Of a DNA stretch of 55,790 nucleotides, positions 46,781-55,664 are shown piece by piece; the stretch's first letter is position 1; the number at the start of each line of letters is the position of its first letter. The stretch lies in the IMG/VR virus record IMGVR_UViG_3300028595_000016, positions 1-55,790 of that record. One strand, written 5' to 3'. Origin of the DNA: a virus. Taxonomy: Duplodnaviria; Caudoviricetes. The notes under the pieces were generated by a model. The model saw only the letters and a program-made list of their open reading frames with translations, did no database searches and was not told the origin of the DNA. The position numbers were made by a program, and so were the translations under genes.

Positions 46781-47707
46781 ATGACACCACCCTACGAGCG
46801 AGTGGCCGACAGCCACTCCGACCAACGAGCATGGCTCAACGCCAGGTGCTACGGCATCGGCGCCAGTGAGATTGCCAGTGTGCTCGGCATCTCGCCGTTC
46901 AAGTCGGCGCTGGAACTCTGGCACGAGAAGGTGTCTGGCGAGCGCGAGGATCTCAGCGACCGCGAGCCTATCCAGTGGGGACACCTGCTGGAGCCCGTTA
47001 TCATCCAGGAGTTCGCGCGTCGCACCGGGCGCAGTGTCTTGCACGGTGGAGAGCTGCTTCGCTCCACGGAGCACACGTGGGCCATCGCGACGCTGGACGC
47101 CTGGACATGGGACCCGCAGGGCGATGAAAAGCAGCCGTGGCCGCTCGAGGTCAAGGCGGTTGGCGCGCGACAGGAGCAGGCATGGGAAGACGGTGCTCCC
47201 GAGTACTACGTCGCACAGGTGCAGCAACAGATGCTGGTCACCGGCTGTCATCGTGCTACAATTGCTGCGCTGATTGGCGGACAGCGCATGGTGTGGGAAG
47301 ACATCGAGAGAGACCCAGAATGGGTCAATCGCATCGTCTACAACGGCGAGCGATTCTGGCAGCGAGTGCTGGGCCAGGACCCGCCGCCGCCGGACGGGTC
47401 ATTCTCTGCGCGCCGCGCGCTGCTGGCGATGTACCAATCCGACGATGGCAGCGATGTGATGCTGTCTGCCCAGATGGCAGACCACACAGACGCCATCGAG
47501 GAAGCGAAGAGGCAGAAGGACATGGCAGAGAGAGTCATCGCGGCGCTGGAGAACGAGCTACGCGCTGCGCTCGGGCCAGCGACTCGCGGCATCCTGTCGG
47601 ACGGCAGGGTGTGGACATACAAGGAGCAACAGCGCCGTGGCTACACGGTGCAGCCGAGCACGACTAGAGTGCTGCGCCTGGCGCAGCCGAAAGGAGAACG
47701 ACGATGA
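46781..47707 (+). CDS. YqaJ/lambda-exonuclease family recombination nuclease
   Basis: GIGASE, WGHLLEP, ATLD, LEVK and YVAQVQQQM motifs. Confidence 0.92.
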   Translation: MTPPYERVADSHSDQRAWLNARCYGIGASEIASVLGISPFKSALELWHEKVSGEREDLSDREPIQWGHLLEPVIIQEFARRTGRSVLHGGELLRSTEHTWAIATLDAWTWDPQGDEKQPWPLEVKAVGARQEQAWEDGAPEYYVAQVQQQMLVTGCHRATIAALIGGQRMVWEDIERDPEWVNRIVYNGERFWQRVLGQDPPPPDGSFSARRALLAMYQSDDGSDVMLSAQMADHTDAIEEAKRQKDMAERVIAALENELRAALGPATRGILSDGRVWTYKEQQRRGYTVQPSTTRVLRLAQPKGERR

Positions 47708-48615
47708 GCGTGAGAACCGACAAGACGGGCCAGATCGTGAAGCAGAAGTCAGCCGGCAACAGCGCGGGGCGCAACGACCTCGCGACGCTGCTCGAGCGCA
47801 TGGGCCCGCAGATGAGGGATGCCCTACCCAAGCACTGTAGCGTGGACCGAATGACCAGGATCGCCATGACCGCGCTTAGGTCGACTCCGAAGCTCGCGCA
47901 GTGCGACCGCTACTCGTTTCTTGGAAGCGTCTTGCAAGCCAGCCAGCTAGGACTCGAAGTCAACACTCCGATGCAACACGCGCACCTCATTCCGTTCGAG
48001 GACCGGAAGCGGGGCATCACGCAGTGCCAGCTCATCATCGGCTACCAGGGCATGATCGATCTGGCGCTGCGCTCCGGGCGAGTGACGGCGGTGTATGCCC
48101 ACTCGGTTCGCGAAGGGGATGCCTTCGAGTACGAGCTAGGGCTGGAGAAGCGGCTGCGCCACGTGCCGAGCACGGCGCACGACCGCGAAGCGCGCCCCAT
48201 CACCCACGTCTACGCGGTGGCTAAGATCAGGGACGCGGAGCCGGCGTTTGAGGTACTGACGGCGGCCCGTGTCGAGTCGATTCGGGCCATGTCACGAAGC
48301 AGCAGCAAGCCGGGGTCTCCGTGGCTAACCAGCTGGGAAGCCATGGCGCTGAAGACAGCCGTTCGCCAGCTTTTCAAGTGGATTCCGAAGTCAGCGGAGA
48401 TGGCACACGCTGCCGTCGTCGACGAGTCGTCAGAGCGCGGCGTGACCATCGTGGATGCCGATGTCCAGGGTGCACTGGAGTCCGTCGGTATCACCCCGCA
48501 GCTGGACGAGCACCAGAGCGAGCCGCGCAACGATGTTCCTCCGCACGACCCAGAGACCGGCGAGGTTTCGGAGCCAGAAGCGGAGGAACAGCGCGAGCCC
48601 GGAGAGGACGGCTGA
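47704..48615 (+). CDS. recT: RecT single-strand annealing recombinase
   Basis: QLGLEVN, QLIIGYQGMIDL and PW...WEAMALKT motifs. Confidence 0.93.
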   Translation: MSVRTDKTGQIVKQKSAGNSAGRNDLATLLERMGPQMRDALPKHCSVDRMTRIAMTALRSTPKLAQCDRYSFLGSVLQASQLGLEVNTPMQHAHLIPFEDRKRGITQCQLIIGYQGMIDLALRSGRVTAVYAHSVREGDAFEYELGLEKRLRHVPSTAHDREARPITHVYAVAKIRDAEPAFEVLTAARVESIRAMSRSSSKPGSPWLTSWEAMALKTAVRQLFKWIPKSAEMAHAAVVDESSERGVTIVDADVQGALESVGITPQLDEHQSEPRNDVPPHDPETGEVSEPEAEEQREPGEDG

Positions 48616-48616
48616 C

Positions 48617-49039
48617 GTGTTCAACCGAGTGATCCTGATAGGAAATCTTGGCGCGGACTGCGAGTTGCGCCACACCCAGAGCGGGACGAGCGTGTGCTCG
48701 TTCAGAATGGCAACCACGGAGAAATTCAAGGACCGCGACGGCAACGCAAAGGAGACCACCGAGTGGCACTCATGCGTGCTGTGGGGCAAGCGCGCTGAGG
48801 CACTGTCTCGGTACCTCAGCAAAGGCACGAGGCTAGCTGTCGAGGGTAGCCTCACTACGAGAAGCTGGGAGGACAACGGGCAGAAGCGATACCGCACCGA
48901 GATCAAGGTGTCCGACGTGAAGCTCCTCGGCGGCGGTGGAGGCGGCTCTAGCGGCAGGGGAGGCGTCAGTGGCGGTGGCGCTCAGCAGGATGATGGCGAC
49001 TACGGAGAGGAGTTTGACGATGACGCAATCACGTTCTGA
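48617..49039 (+). CDS. ssb: Single-stranded DNA-binding protein
   Basis: NRVILIGNLG, TEWH, VEGSL and acidic tail DDDAITF; GTG start. Confidence 0.95.
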   Translation: MFNRVILIGNLGADCELRHTQSGTSVCSFRMATTEKFKDRDGNAKETTEWHSCVLWGKRAEALSRYLSKGTRLAVEGSLTTRSWEDNGQKRYRTEIKVSDVKLLGGGGGGSSGRGGVSGGGAQQDDGDYGEEFDDDAITF

Positions 49040-49457
49040 GTGGTTCGCGATCGTTGCCGAAGGTAGAGAGATCGAGCCGTTTCTCTGGAGCTGTGATGAG
49101 TTGTTCGAGTCGCTTGACGATGCGCTGAGATGCATCGTCGAGTCGACCAACCCTCCGTGGCCACGGCGACCAAGGGTGGCGGTGTACGTACCAGGCACGG
49201 AGGAGTTTCTCGACGGAATAGCGAGGCAGGTTGCCGGTGACGCCATGTTCGCTCTCCGAATCGTCAGGGAATTCTCTCCACATCAGATCCGAGCAGCACG
49301 TGTGCTTCTCGACACGATGCTCGACGGTCACGAGTTGATCAAGATCCACGGTGTCATCGAATGCGACCTCGTGGAGTGGCTACGCTCCGATGGCCAAGAA
49401 TACCTCGAATGCCCGGAGGTGTCCGAGTGGATGGCGGAGCAAGGTGACCATCTATGA
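49020..49457 (+). CDS. Hypothetical protein
   Basis: GAGGAG RBS; overlaps the ssb end. Confidence 0.55.
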   Translation: MTQSRSEWFAIVAEGREIEPFLWSCDELFESLDDALRCIVESTNPPWPRRPRVAVYVPGTEEFLDGIARQVAGDAMFALRIVREFSPHQIRAARVLLDTMLDGHELIKIHGVIECDLVEWLRSDGQEYLECPEVSEWMAEQGDHL

Positions 49458-49660
49458 CCTTCGACTTGGACGACGAAGTGACACTCTGGCACGTCGACGC
49501 TGACCTTCGCAGTCGGCTGGAGTCAGAACGAACCGCGGCGTGGGACGTGGAGGAGTCCACTGTACGCCGAGTGCACGACGTGGACGGGCTCGCCGTCCTG
49601 CGTCGCATGGCGATACCCGATCCTTGGTGGGTGAGACTGTGGAGGTGGCTGTGGCGTTGA
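49454..49660 (+). CDS. Hypothetical protein
   Basis: Coupled ORF. Confidence 0.5.
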   Translation: MTFDLDDEVTLWHVDADLRSRLESERTAAWDVEESTVRRVHDVDGLAVLRRMAIPDPWWVRLWRWLWR

Positions 49661-49911
49661 AACACTGGCATGTGTGGCTGACAGAGCATCAGGACGAGGA
49701 TGACGGCCTCAGCGTGGAGTCCGAGTCACCAGCTCGAGCTGCGCGCATGCTGGCCGAGCGAAGGTGCGCTGCAGATCCAGAATGCTACGATCACTTCACT
49801 AACGGTGGAGAGCTTGTCACGGTGCGCCTGTTTGGCAGCGACGCGACCGAGGTCTATCACGTGACAGGCGAAATGATCGTCTTGTTCTCGGCAGAGCCGG
49901 AGGAACAATGA
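49657..49911 (+). CDS. Hypothetical protein
   Basis: TTG start overlapping the upstream stop; GGAGG upstream. Confidence 0.5.
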   Translation: MKHWHVWLTEHQDEDDGLSVESESPARAARMLAERRCAADPECYDHFTNGGELVTVRLFGSDATEVYHVTGEMIVLFSAEPEEQ

Positions 49912-50216
49912 GGGTATTCATAGCGAGCCCGCTGGCGGGCCACATGACGGATAACATCCTGTATGCGCGCCTCTGTCTCACCAACAGCCTCATACGTGGC
50001 GAGGCACCGTTCGCGCCACACCTGCTCTATCCTCAGGTGCTCGACGACTGCGACGAGCACGAGCGTAAGCTCGGCATCAACGCTGGACTAGAGTGGCTAC
50101 GCCGGTGCGAACTGCTGGCGGTCTACGTGGACCGGGGAGTGAGCGCAGGCATGCGGACCGAGATCGCGGAGGCCGAGAGACTTAGAATTCCGACCGAGAG
50201 GAGACAGATACTGTGA
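49908..50216 (+). CDS. Nucleoside deoxyribosyltransferase-like small protein (DUF4406-type)
   Basis: VFIASP, APFAPHLLY and GVSAGMRTEI motifs. Confidence 0.7.
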   Translation: MRVFIASPLAGHMTDNILYARLCLTNSLIRGEAPFAPHLLYPQVLDDCDEHERKLGINAGLEWLRRCELLAVYVDRGVSAGMRTEIAEAERLRIPTERRQIL

Positions 50217-50652
50217 AGGCAACCATCACACGCCAAGCCCTTCTCCCACTGCTGGCCAGGTGCCAGTCGGTTGCGGAGAAGCGATCTCCCACCCCTGCGC
50301 TCGGGTGCACTCTGCTCCGAGCCCACGACGGCCAGCTGAGCGCGTCGGCCACTGATCTTCGCATGGCAGTCATCGGCGCCGCGCCATCTCGTGTGGCGAC
50401 CTCCGGTGCTGTCGCCGTCGAGGCCCGTGCACTGATCTGTCGGCCGAGTCGCCAGCTGGCACGTCGACTGACCGAGTCAGCATCGAGTATGACGGCCCGT
50501 CGGTCACTACGCGAGCGAGCGCGAGGTACCTACTCGATGCGCTCGGAGCCATGTCGGCCGACACGGTCTCGGTCTGGTTCAACGGAGAGCTCGATCCGAT
50601 CGTGCTGCGAAGCGACGGACTCGACGCCGTCGTGATGCCAATGAGGGTATGA
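50213..50652 (+). pseudogene. dnaN: Beta sliding clamp with out-of-frame internal deletion
   Basis: N-terminal ~74 aa (ATDL, GAVAVEAR) in one frame; C-terminal ARYLLDAL...VVMPMRV in another frame from about 50431. Confidence 0.75.
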
Positions 50653-51548
50653 GCATGGCGACAGCAGAGCAAATAAGGTGTCTTGTTTCGAGCCATGTTC
50701 GGCGCGATGACAGGATGTTTCGCGCCGTCGTGATGCAGATAATTGCGCGCCAGAAGTCGAGTAAAATGGCCGAGGACCTTCGGGCGCTGCTAGGCAAAGC
50801 ATCCGCAGAAATACCGGAGCAAGCCAAGGGGTTGCTGTCAGTTTCTCGCCCTAGCTCTGTGCTGTATGATCTCATCGCGCCCCGAGAAATCAAGGATGCA
50901 TTGCGGTCGTTCATTGACGAGCTGAAGGCGCGCGACCGTTTGCGCGACCACGGGCTGCAACCGGCAACGAAGATGCTGCTCACGGGCCCTCCGGGGACCG
51001 GCAAGACGATGACCGCTGCGATCTTGGCAGGCGAGCTGGGGCTCCCTCTGATGCGAGTTGAGCTACACGCTGTCATATGCAGTCACCTCGGCGAGACAGC
51101 GTCGAAGCTGCGGCATGTCTTCGACACAACGCGATCGGTGCGGGGTGTGTACCTGCTCGATGAGATTGACGCATTGGGCGCATCTAGGCACAACACGGAG
51201 GACGTGGGAGAGATGCGCCGAGCCGTCAACTCGTTGCTGCAGTTTCTCGAGGAGGACCACGGTAGCGTCATCGTCGGCACCACCAACCTAGCGTCGTTGC
51301 TCGATCATGCGTTGCATCGTCGTTTTGACAAGATACTAGAGTACCAGCTGCCAGATCGAGACAGCATCGAGAAGCTGATGCGCGATCGACTGGCATCGTA
51401 CCCAACGGTCAACTCGTCACATGTCGAAGTGTCGGCAGCAGCAGCGGCGTCGGTAGGGATGAGCCATGCCGAGGTGGTTCGGGTCGTCGACACAGCCGTG
51501 AAACGCGCTGTGTTGCGTGGTGATAAGGTCAGACTGGGTGTACAATGA
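50649..51548 (+). CDS. AAA+ ATPase, IetA-like
   Basis: GPPGTGKT, LLDEID, TTN and LDHALHRRFD motifs; N-terminus MATAEQIRCLVSSH...DD..F. Confidence 0.85.
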   Translation: MSMATAEQIRCLVSSHVRRDDRMFRAVVMQIIARQKSSKMAEDLRALLGKASAEIPEQAKGLLSVSRPSSVLYDLIAPREIKDALRSFIDELKARDRLRDHGLQPATKMLLTGPPGTGKTMTAAILAGELGLPLMRVELHAVICSHLGETASKLRHVFDTTRSVRGVYLLDEIDALGASRHNTEDVGEMRRAVNSLLQFLEEDHGSVIVGTTNLASLLDHALHRRFDKILEYQLPDRDSIEKLMRDRLASYPTVNSSHVEVSAAAAASVGMSHAEVVRVVDTAVKRAVLRGDKVRLGVQ

Positions 51549-52407
51549 AGTCGACCCCTACTGCTGCGATTGGCTCGAGAACCTCATCGCCGCGGGACAC
51601 GTGCGCCCCGGGAGAGTCGAGCGGAGGAGCATCACGGAACTCGGCGCCGCCGACTGCAGAGACGTGCAGTGCCATTTTTTCGCCGGACTCGGGCTGTGGA
51701 GCTACGCCGCGCGACTCGCAGGGTGGCCAGACGAAGCAGAGTTGTGGACCGGCTCGTGTCCCTGTCAGCCGTTCTCCACGGCTGGCCGCCGACTGGGAGC
51801 AGCTGACCCTCGACATCTCTGGCCGGAATTTGCGCGACTCATCCGCGAGTGTCGCCCTCCAATCGTCGTTGGAGAGCAGGTTGCGAGCCCGGCTGGACGG
51901 GCATGGCTCGACGCTGTATACGCTGACCTGGAGGCAGCAGGTTACACCGTCGGGGCGGCCGATCTGCCAGCTGCGGGCGTCGGTGCCCCGCACCTCCGAC
52001 AGCGGCTCTATTGGGTGGCCTACACCCAGGGCGAACGACTCGAGAGGGTCCGCATACACCTACGCGGGAGGCGACCACGAGAAGGTATGCCTAACTCTGA
52101 CCGGGGTAGCGAGGCTGTCGGGATGGGGGACGCCGACGGCGAGCCAATTCGCAGGATCAGCGGAGGCAGCGCTCGAGCGCAAGCGCCGGAGCCCAGGTCG
52201 CCCTGGGGTATCGGTGACGTGTCTGGCCCATCAGGTTGGGTCGAGTGCGTCGACGGGAAGCTCCGGCCAGTTGGCGCCGGAGTTCGTGTGCTGGTTGATG
52301 GGTATCCCGACGGGCGCGTGGCTCAGCTGCGCGCCCTCGGCAACGCGATCGTCCCGCAAGTCGCGGCGGCGTTCCTCGAGTGTGTGATTGGAGATCTGAT
52401 GACATGA
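51517..52407 (+). CDS. C5 cytosine DNA methyltransferase (main frame)
   Basis: FFAGLG, GSCPCQPFS, GEQV, RQRLYW and LGNAIVPQV motifs. Confidence 0.9.
   Translation: MVIRSDWVYNEVDPYCCDWLENLIAAGHVRPGRVERRSITELGAADCRDVQCHFFAGLGLWSYAARLAGWPDEAELWTGSCPCQPFSTAGRRLGAADPRHLWPEFARLIRECRPPIVVGEQVASPAGRAWLDAVYADLEAAGYTVGAADLPAAGVGAPHLRQRLYWVAYTQGERLERVRIHLRGRRPREGMPNSDRGSEAVGMGDADGEPIRRISGGSARAQAPEPRSPWGIGDVSGPSGWVECVDGKLRPVGAGVRVLVDGYPDGRVAQLRALGNAIVPQVAAAFLECVIGDLMT
51545..52387 (+). CDS. Overlapping +1-frame methyltransferase partner polypeptide (TRD/motif IX-like)
   Basis: WPTP and WGTP repeats plus GQLAPEFVCWLMGIP; ATG overlaps the ATPase stop. Confidence 0.55.
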   Translation: MKSTPTAAIGSRTSSPRDTCAPGESSGGASRNSAPPTAETCSAIFSPDSGCGATPRDSQGGQTKQSCGPARVPVSRSPRLAADWEQLTLDISGRNLRDSSASVALQSSLESRLRARLDGHGSTLYTLTWRQQVTPSGRPICQLRASVPRTSDSGSIGWPTPRANDSRGSAYTYAGGDHEKVCLTLTGVARLSGWGTPTASQFAGSAEAALERKRRSPGRPGVSVTCLAHQVGSSASTGSSGQLAPEFVCWLMGIPTGAWLSCAPSATRSSRKSRRRSSSV

Positions 52408-52438
52408 CAGACGGCGTCAGCGGACGGCGCAATAACAC

Positions 52439-52467
52439 TTGACAGTCTCGGCAAGCGAGACTACGCT
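52439..52467 (+). promoter_or_regulatory. Sigma70 promoter with palindromic operator; leaderless
   Basis: TTGACA-17-TACGCT; AGTCTCG-N5-CGAGACT; ATG 6 nt after the -10. Confidence 0.75.
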
Positions 52468-52473
52468 AGTCTC

Positions 52474-52713
52474 ATGACCGCGACGGACCTGGCAGCCCTA
52501 CCGACCATGGCGCGCGGGCGGTGCGTTTGGCTGGTCGTCGACGCCAACGGCGACGACGGCGAGGAGAAGGCAGCGACCGCCGAGCAGGCTGCTCGGCAGT
52601 ACGTGGAAGAGGGGGTCTTCGACGGACAAACGACGGTCCGGGTGTGCCGTCGCTACTACGTCCGCGACGCATGCGTGGACGACCGACGATCGGTCGTCAA
52701 GGTGACGGTCTGA
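52474..52713 (+). CDS. Hypothetical early protein
   Basis: Between promoter and terminator. Confidence 0.55.
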   Translation: MTATDLAALPTMARGRCVWLVVDANGDDGEEKAATAEQAARQYVEEGVFDGQTTVRVCRRYYVRDACVDDRRSVVKVTV

Positions 52714-52720
52714 CGCAACG

Positions 52721-52748
52721 AAAGCCCCGGCTTCGGCCGGGGCACTTT
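52721..52748. terminator. Hairpin terminator
   Basis: GCCCCGGC-TTCG-GCCGGGGC followed by ACTTT and preceded by AAA. Confidence 0.65.
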
Positions 52749-52751
52749 CCT

Positions 52752-52825
52752 GTTGACAGTCTCGCTTGCCGAGACTATACTCTTAATCATGACGGCACGG
52801 GAGCCGTCGAGAAAGGGAAGAACGA
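52752..52825 (+). promoter_or_regulatory. 74-bp promoter/operator/leader cassette, copy 1
   Basis: TTGACA-17-TATACT, operator palindrome, GACGGC/GCCGTC hairpin and purine-rich RBS. Confidence 0.85.
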
Positions 52826-52995
52826 TGAAGATCAAGATCGAACTCGACATCGACGACGAGAAAGAACTTTCGCTTCTAATGCTCCGTGCCCGCAACCTGG
52901 CCGTTCTCCAGGCCCGAGACGGAGAGTCTCGGGAGGACCCAATTATCCGCAACGGCACACGAGTGGGCACCGTGACGGTATTGCCCGATGAATGA
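52825..52995 (+). CDS. Hypothetical early protein
   Basis: MKIKIELD start directly after the cassette. Confidence 0.6.
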   Translation: MKIKIELDIDDEKELSLLMLRARNLAVLQARDGESREDPIIRNGTRVGTVTVLPDE

Positions 52996-53221
52996 ACACA
53001 GTTTGGTCAGCCTGCTCTGCCGCGTGGCGGAGCAGGCTTGCTCCTCGGCGCTCGTGTGCCGCGCAGAGGCCGAGTCGATGCTCGCGGCTGCGGCCGCATC
53101 GGGCACCGCCGACGACGCTGCGGCCGCGCTCGGGGTGAGCCGACCGCGGCTATTCGCCCTGCTCGCTCGCTACCAATGGGCGAGAGCGGCATTCGACCGG
53201 GGCCGGTCGAACATGGGTTGA
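52988..53221 (+). CDS. Small Fis-like HTH protein
   Basis: GTADDAAAALGVSRPRLFALL. Confidence 0.5.
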   Translation: MNEHSLVSLLCRVAEQACSSALVCRAEAESMLAAAAASGTADDAAAALGVSRPRLFALLARYQWARAAFDRGRSNMG

Positions 53222-53290
53222 CAGTCTCGCTTGCCGAGACTATACTCTTAATCATGACGGCACGGGAGCCGTCGAGAAAGGGAAGAACGA
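53217..53290 (+). promoter_or_regulatory. 74-bp promoter/operator/leader cassette, copy 2
   Basis: Identical to 52752-52825. Confidence 0.85.
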
Positions 53291-53291
53291 C

Positions 53292-53870
53292 ATGCAACAG
53301 ATTGCTCAACTGAAGGACGCGGCCCAAGCCGCCCAGCACAAGAGAGTGGAAGCAAGCGGAGCCATCGCCGCGGCACGACAGGCGCAAGCTGACGTGCTCG
53401 AGGCCATCCTCGAGACGTTTCGGCCCGCGCGAGGAGCGCTGTCTTGCCAGATTCAGCTTAGCTCCGACGGCGAGGTCGAGGCCGAATGGCACGGCATCCC
53501 GCTGTCATGCGAGCCTGACGATGTGGGCCCGGCGCAGGAGTGGACGAACCAGAACGAGGGCAAGTACGAGGGTAGCGACCTCTTCTACGCCTCGGCTGGC
53601 GAGGGGCTGACACTCATCGAGGTCACCTACTCGGGCCACTGGAGCCGCTGGCAAGGCGCCTCGTGCGACTGGACGGCCACCGTGCGGACGCTGTCAGCCT
53701 ATGAAGCCGTGTGTGAGTGGCCCTTCCTTCGACGGCCGGACGAGCTCGTGGAGCGACTCATCGGAGAGTGCCAGGAGGCCGTAGCGCGCGACCAAGATGT
53801 CGCGGACACCGCCCGCGGCGAGGCTGAGAAGGCCAAGGCTTGCCTTGCTGCCATCAAGGGGGCGCTGTGA
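53292..53870 (+). CDS. Hypothetical early protein
   Basis: ATG directly after the cassette RBS. Confidence 0.65.
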   Translation: MQQIAQLKDAAQAAQHKRVEASGAIAAARQAQADVLEAILETFRPARGALSCQIQLSSDGEVEAEWHGIPLSCEPDDVGPAQEWTNQNEGKYEGSDLFYASAGEGLTLIEVTYSGHWSRWQGASCDWTATVRTLSAYEAVCEWPFLRRPDELVERLIGECQEAVARDQDVADTARGEAEKAKACLAAIKGAL

Positions 53871-54064
53871 CCGACCCCCGCACCAAGCGAGTCGCATGTG
53901 TGAGTGACCGATACACTCGCACGCGCGAGGAGTTTGACTCCGTTGACGCCTTCGTCGCCATGACTTCGGCCGTTCAAGGCGAGGTGCCCGCACTGATTCA
54001 TCGCGGTGATCACTGGGTGGACGAGAGCGGCGAGCGGGTGCTCGAGGAGGCGCCCGAGAACTGA
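53867..54064 (+). CDS. Hypothetical protein
   Basis: GTGA overlap; converges on the late operon end. Confidence 0.5.
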   Translation: MTDPRTKRVACVSDRYTRTREEFDSVDAFVAMTSAVQGEVPALIHRGDHWVDESGERVLEEAPEN

Positions 54065-54068
54065 CCGC

Positions 54069-54572
54069 TCACCGCGCGAGCACGTCGGCCAGCAACGGCA
54101 CGACGTGCTCCGCGACCCACCAGGCTAGGGAGATGGCGCTCCCTAGCCCCACGGTGGCTCCCGCTCCGACGCCGATCGGGCGAGCGTTGGCTCGCGCCCA
54201 CTGCGCCGCCGTGAGCTGCTGCACCCGCTGACTGGTGCGATCCAGTCGCGCGTCGTGGAGCGTGTCCCTCGAGTCCAGAGCCTCGAGGTGCTCCAGTACG
54301 CGGAGCCACCGAGCAGAGGACTCGACGCCGTGGTCATGCACCGCCACAGCGAGGCGCGACAGCTCCTGACGCATGCGCATCAGCTCGTCGGAGACGTGCT
54401 CGACGAGAGACCGCGTGTGCGCCGATTCCTCGGCGCCCTGCTCGGCGAGACGCTGGACGCTCTCGATGCGCGCGGGCAGCTGGGCCACGAGGTCAGCGCA
54501 GGCCTCGTGGCTCAGCGCGCAGTGGCTGTGGCGCCCGTTCCCGTTTCCGTTGTCAGTGGTGGCGATAGGCAT
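54069..54572 (-). CDS. Coiled-coil protein with C-terminal transmembrane segment (lysis-associated candidate)
   Basis: Heptad-rich body; IGVGAGATVGLGSAISLAWWV tail. Confidence 0.55.
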   Translation of the reverse strand: MPIATTDNGNGNGRHSHCALSHEACADLVAQLPARIESVQRLAEQGAEESAHTRSLVEHVSDELMRMRQELSRLAVAVHDHGVESSARWLRVLEHLEALDSRDTLHDARLDRTSQRVQQLTAAQWARANARPIGVGAGATVGLGSAISLAWWVAEHVVPLLADVLAR

Positions 54573-55218
54573 CGGCGACTTCTCTCGGCAGGTAAGGCGG
54601 CTCGATCTGGCCGGCGGCAGCTGCAGTCTGGTGGAGCTCCCAGAGGTCGAGCCGACGGACGATGCGACGAGCACCGCGGCGCTCGCGGTACTGTCCTCGC
54701 TCGACGGTGAGCGGTCGCTCGCGGAGCTGACCTCGGTGCGGAGCAGCCTGCCCGTAGTCCCACGAGTGGAGCACTAGCGGACGGTCCTGGAGACCGCGCA
54801 CGACGGCCACATGCCATGGGTTGGACATCACTACGATGTCGCCGTGCAGCAGCTCATCTCCGGCCTCGACCTGCTCACCGCGCGCCCACAGCCGCGAGAG
54901 TGGCTGGCTCGGCTCGTCGGTGGGCCCGTGGACGTAGACCCATGGGAGCGCGATGCCGCACGCTTGCAGCGTCGCGTGGCACAGAAACGCGCACGAAGAA
55001 AACATCCACCCCTCGATGCGAGCCCGCTCCTGGAGATTCCTGACTACCCATCGATACCGAGCCTCGGATTCATGCGCCGGGCATGCCCACGAGGCAAACA
55101 GCCCAGCGATCTGACGCACCTGCATCTCGTCGGTGGGAATCGGCAGGTCCACCAGATCGATTTCCCATGCTGCAGCACGGTCGATGCGCTCGGCGCGGGT
55201 TTCCAGGACGAGTGTCAT
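54553..55218 (-). CDS. NlpC/P60/CHAP-like peptidase (endolysin candidate)
   Basis: SSCAFLC and GDIVVMSNPWHVAVV Cys/His pattern. Confidence 0.5.
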   Translation of the reverse strand: MTLVLETRAERIDRAAAWEIDLVDLPIPTDEMQVRQIAGLFASWACPAHESEARYRWVVRNLQERARIEGWMFSSCAFLCHATLQACGIALPWVYVHGPTDEPSQPLSRLWARGEQVEAGDELLHGDIVVMSNPWHVAVVRGLQDRPLVLHSWDYGQAAPHRGQLRERPLTVERGQYRERRGARRIVRRLDLWELHQTAAAAGQIEPPYLPREVADAYRHH

Positions 55219-55664
55219 GACACGAACCTAATCGCGTGGGCGGTCCACCGCGCCCGAATCGCCGAGTCATCGGCAACCCAGCAACCGGGGTAGAATCCCC
55301 ACGGAGTATTGGCGCCTCCCCACTCATGACCCCAGGAGTTGCCGACGAGCCAGCGACGCTCACCGTCAGCGAGCGACCAGTAGCCAACTATGCGCATCGC
55401 GTGGCCACGGTCGCGCTCTGAGACCATCATTTCGCCCACCGGGGAGCGCGCGCTCGATGTCGTGATCGCATCGAACCACGGCGAGATACCCCACGCGCCG
55501 ACGACTCCGAGCCCTTGGGCCACGGCCTCCTGGATCGCAGCGACCCCTGGCTCGACGATGCGTCGACGCTCAGCGCGGACCTGCCGCCGATCGTGGGCTT
55601 GGAGCTCGTCCTCGAGGCTTGGCCGAGACGTAGCGAGCGACTCCTCGCCGTGGCGGTAATCCTC
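55215..55664 (-). CDS. Papain-like C1 cysteine peptidase, C-terminal part
   Basis: GHAMRIVGY (His) and NSWGHEWG (Asn); in frame with the ORF from 351. Confidence 0.8.
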   Translation of the reverse strand, partial: EDYRHGEESLATSRPSLEDELQAHDRRQVRAERRRIVEPGVAAIQEAVAQGLGVVGAWGISPWFDAITTSSARSPVGEMMVSERDRGHAMRIVGYWSLADGERRWLVGNSWGHEWGGANTPWGFYPGCWVADDSAIRARWTAHAIRFVS

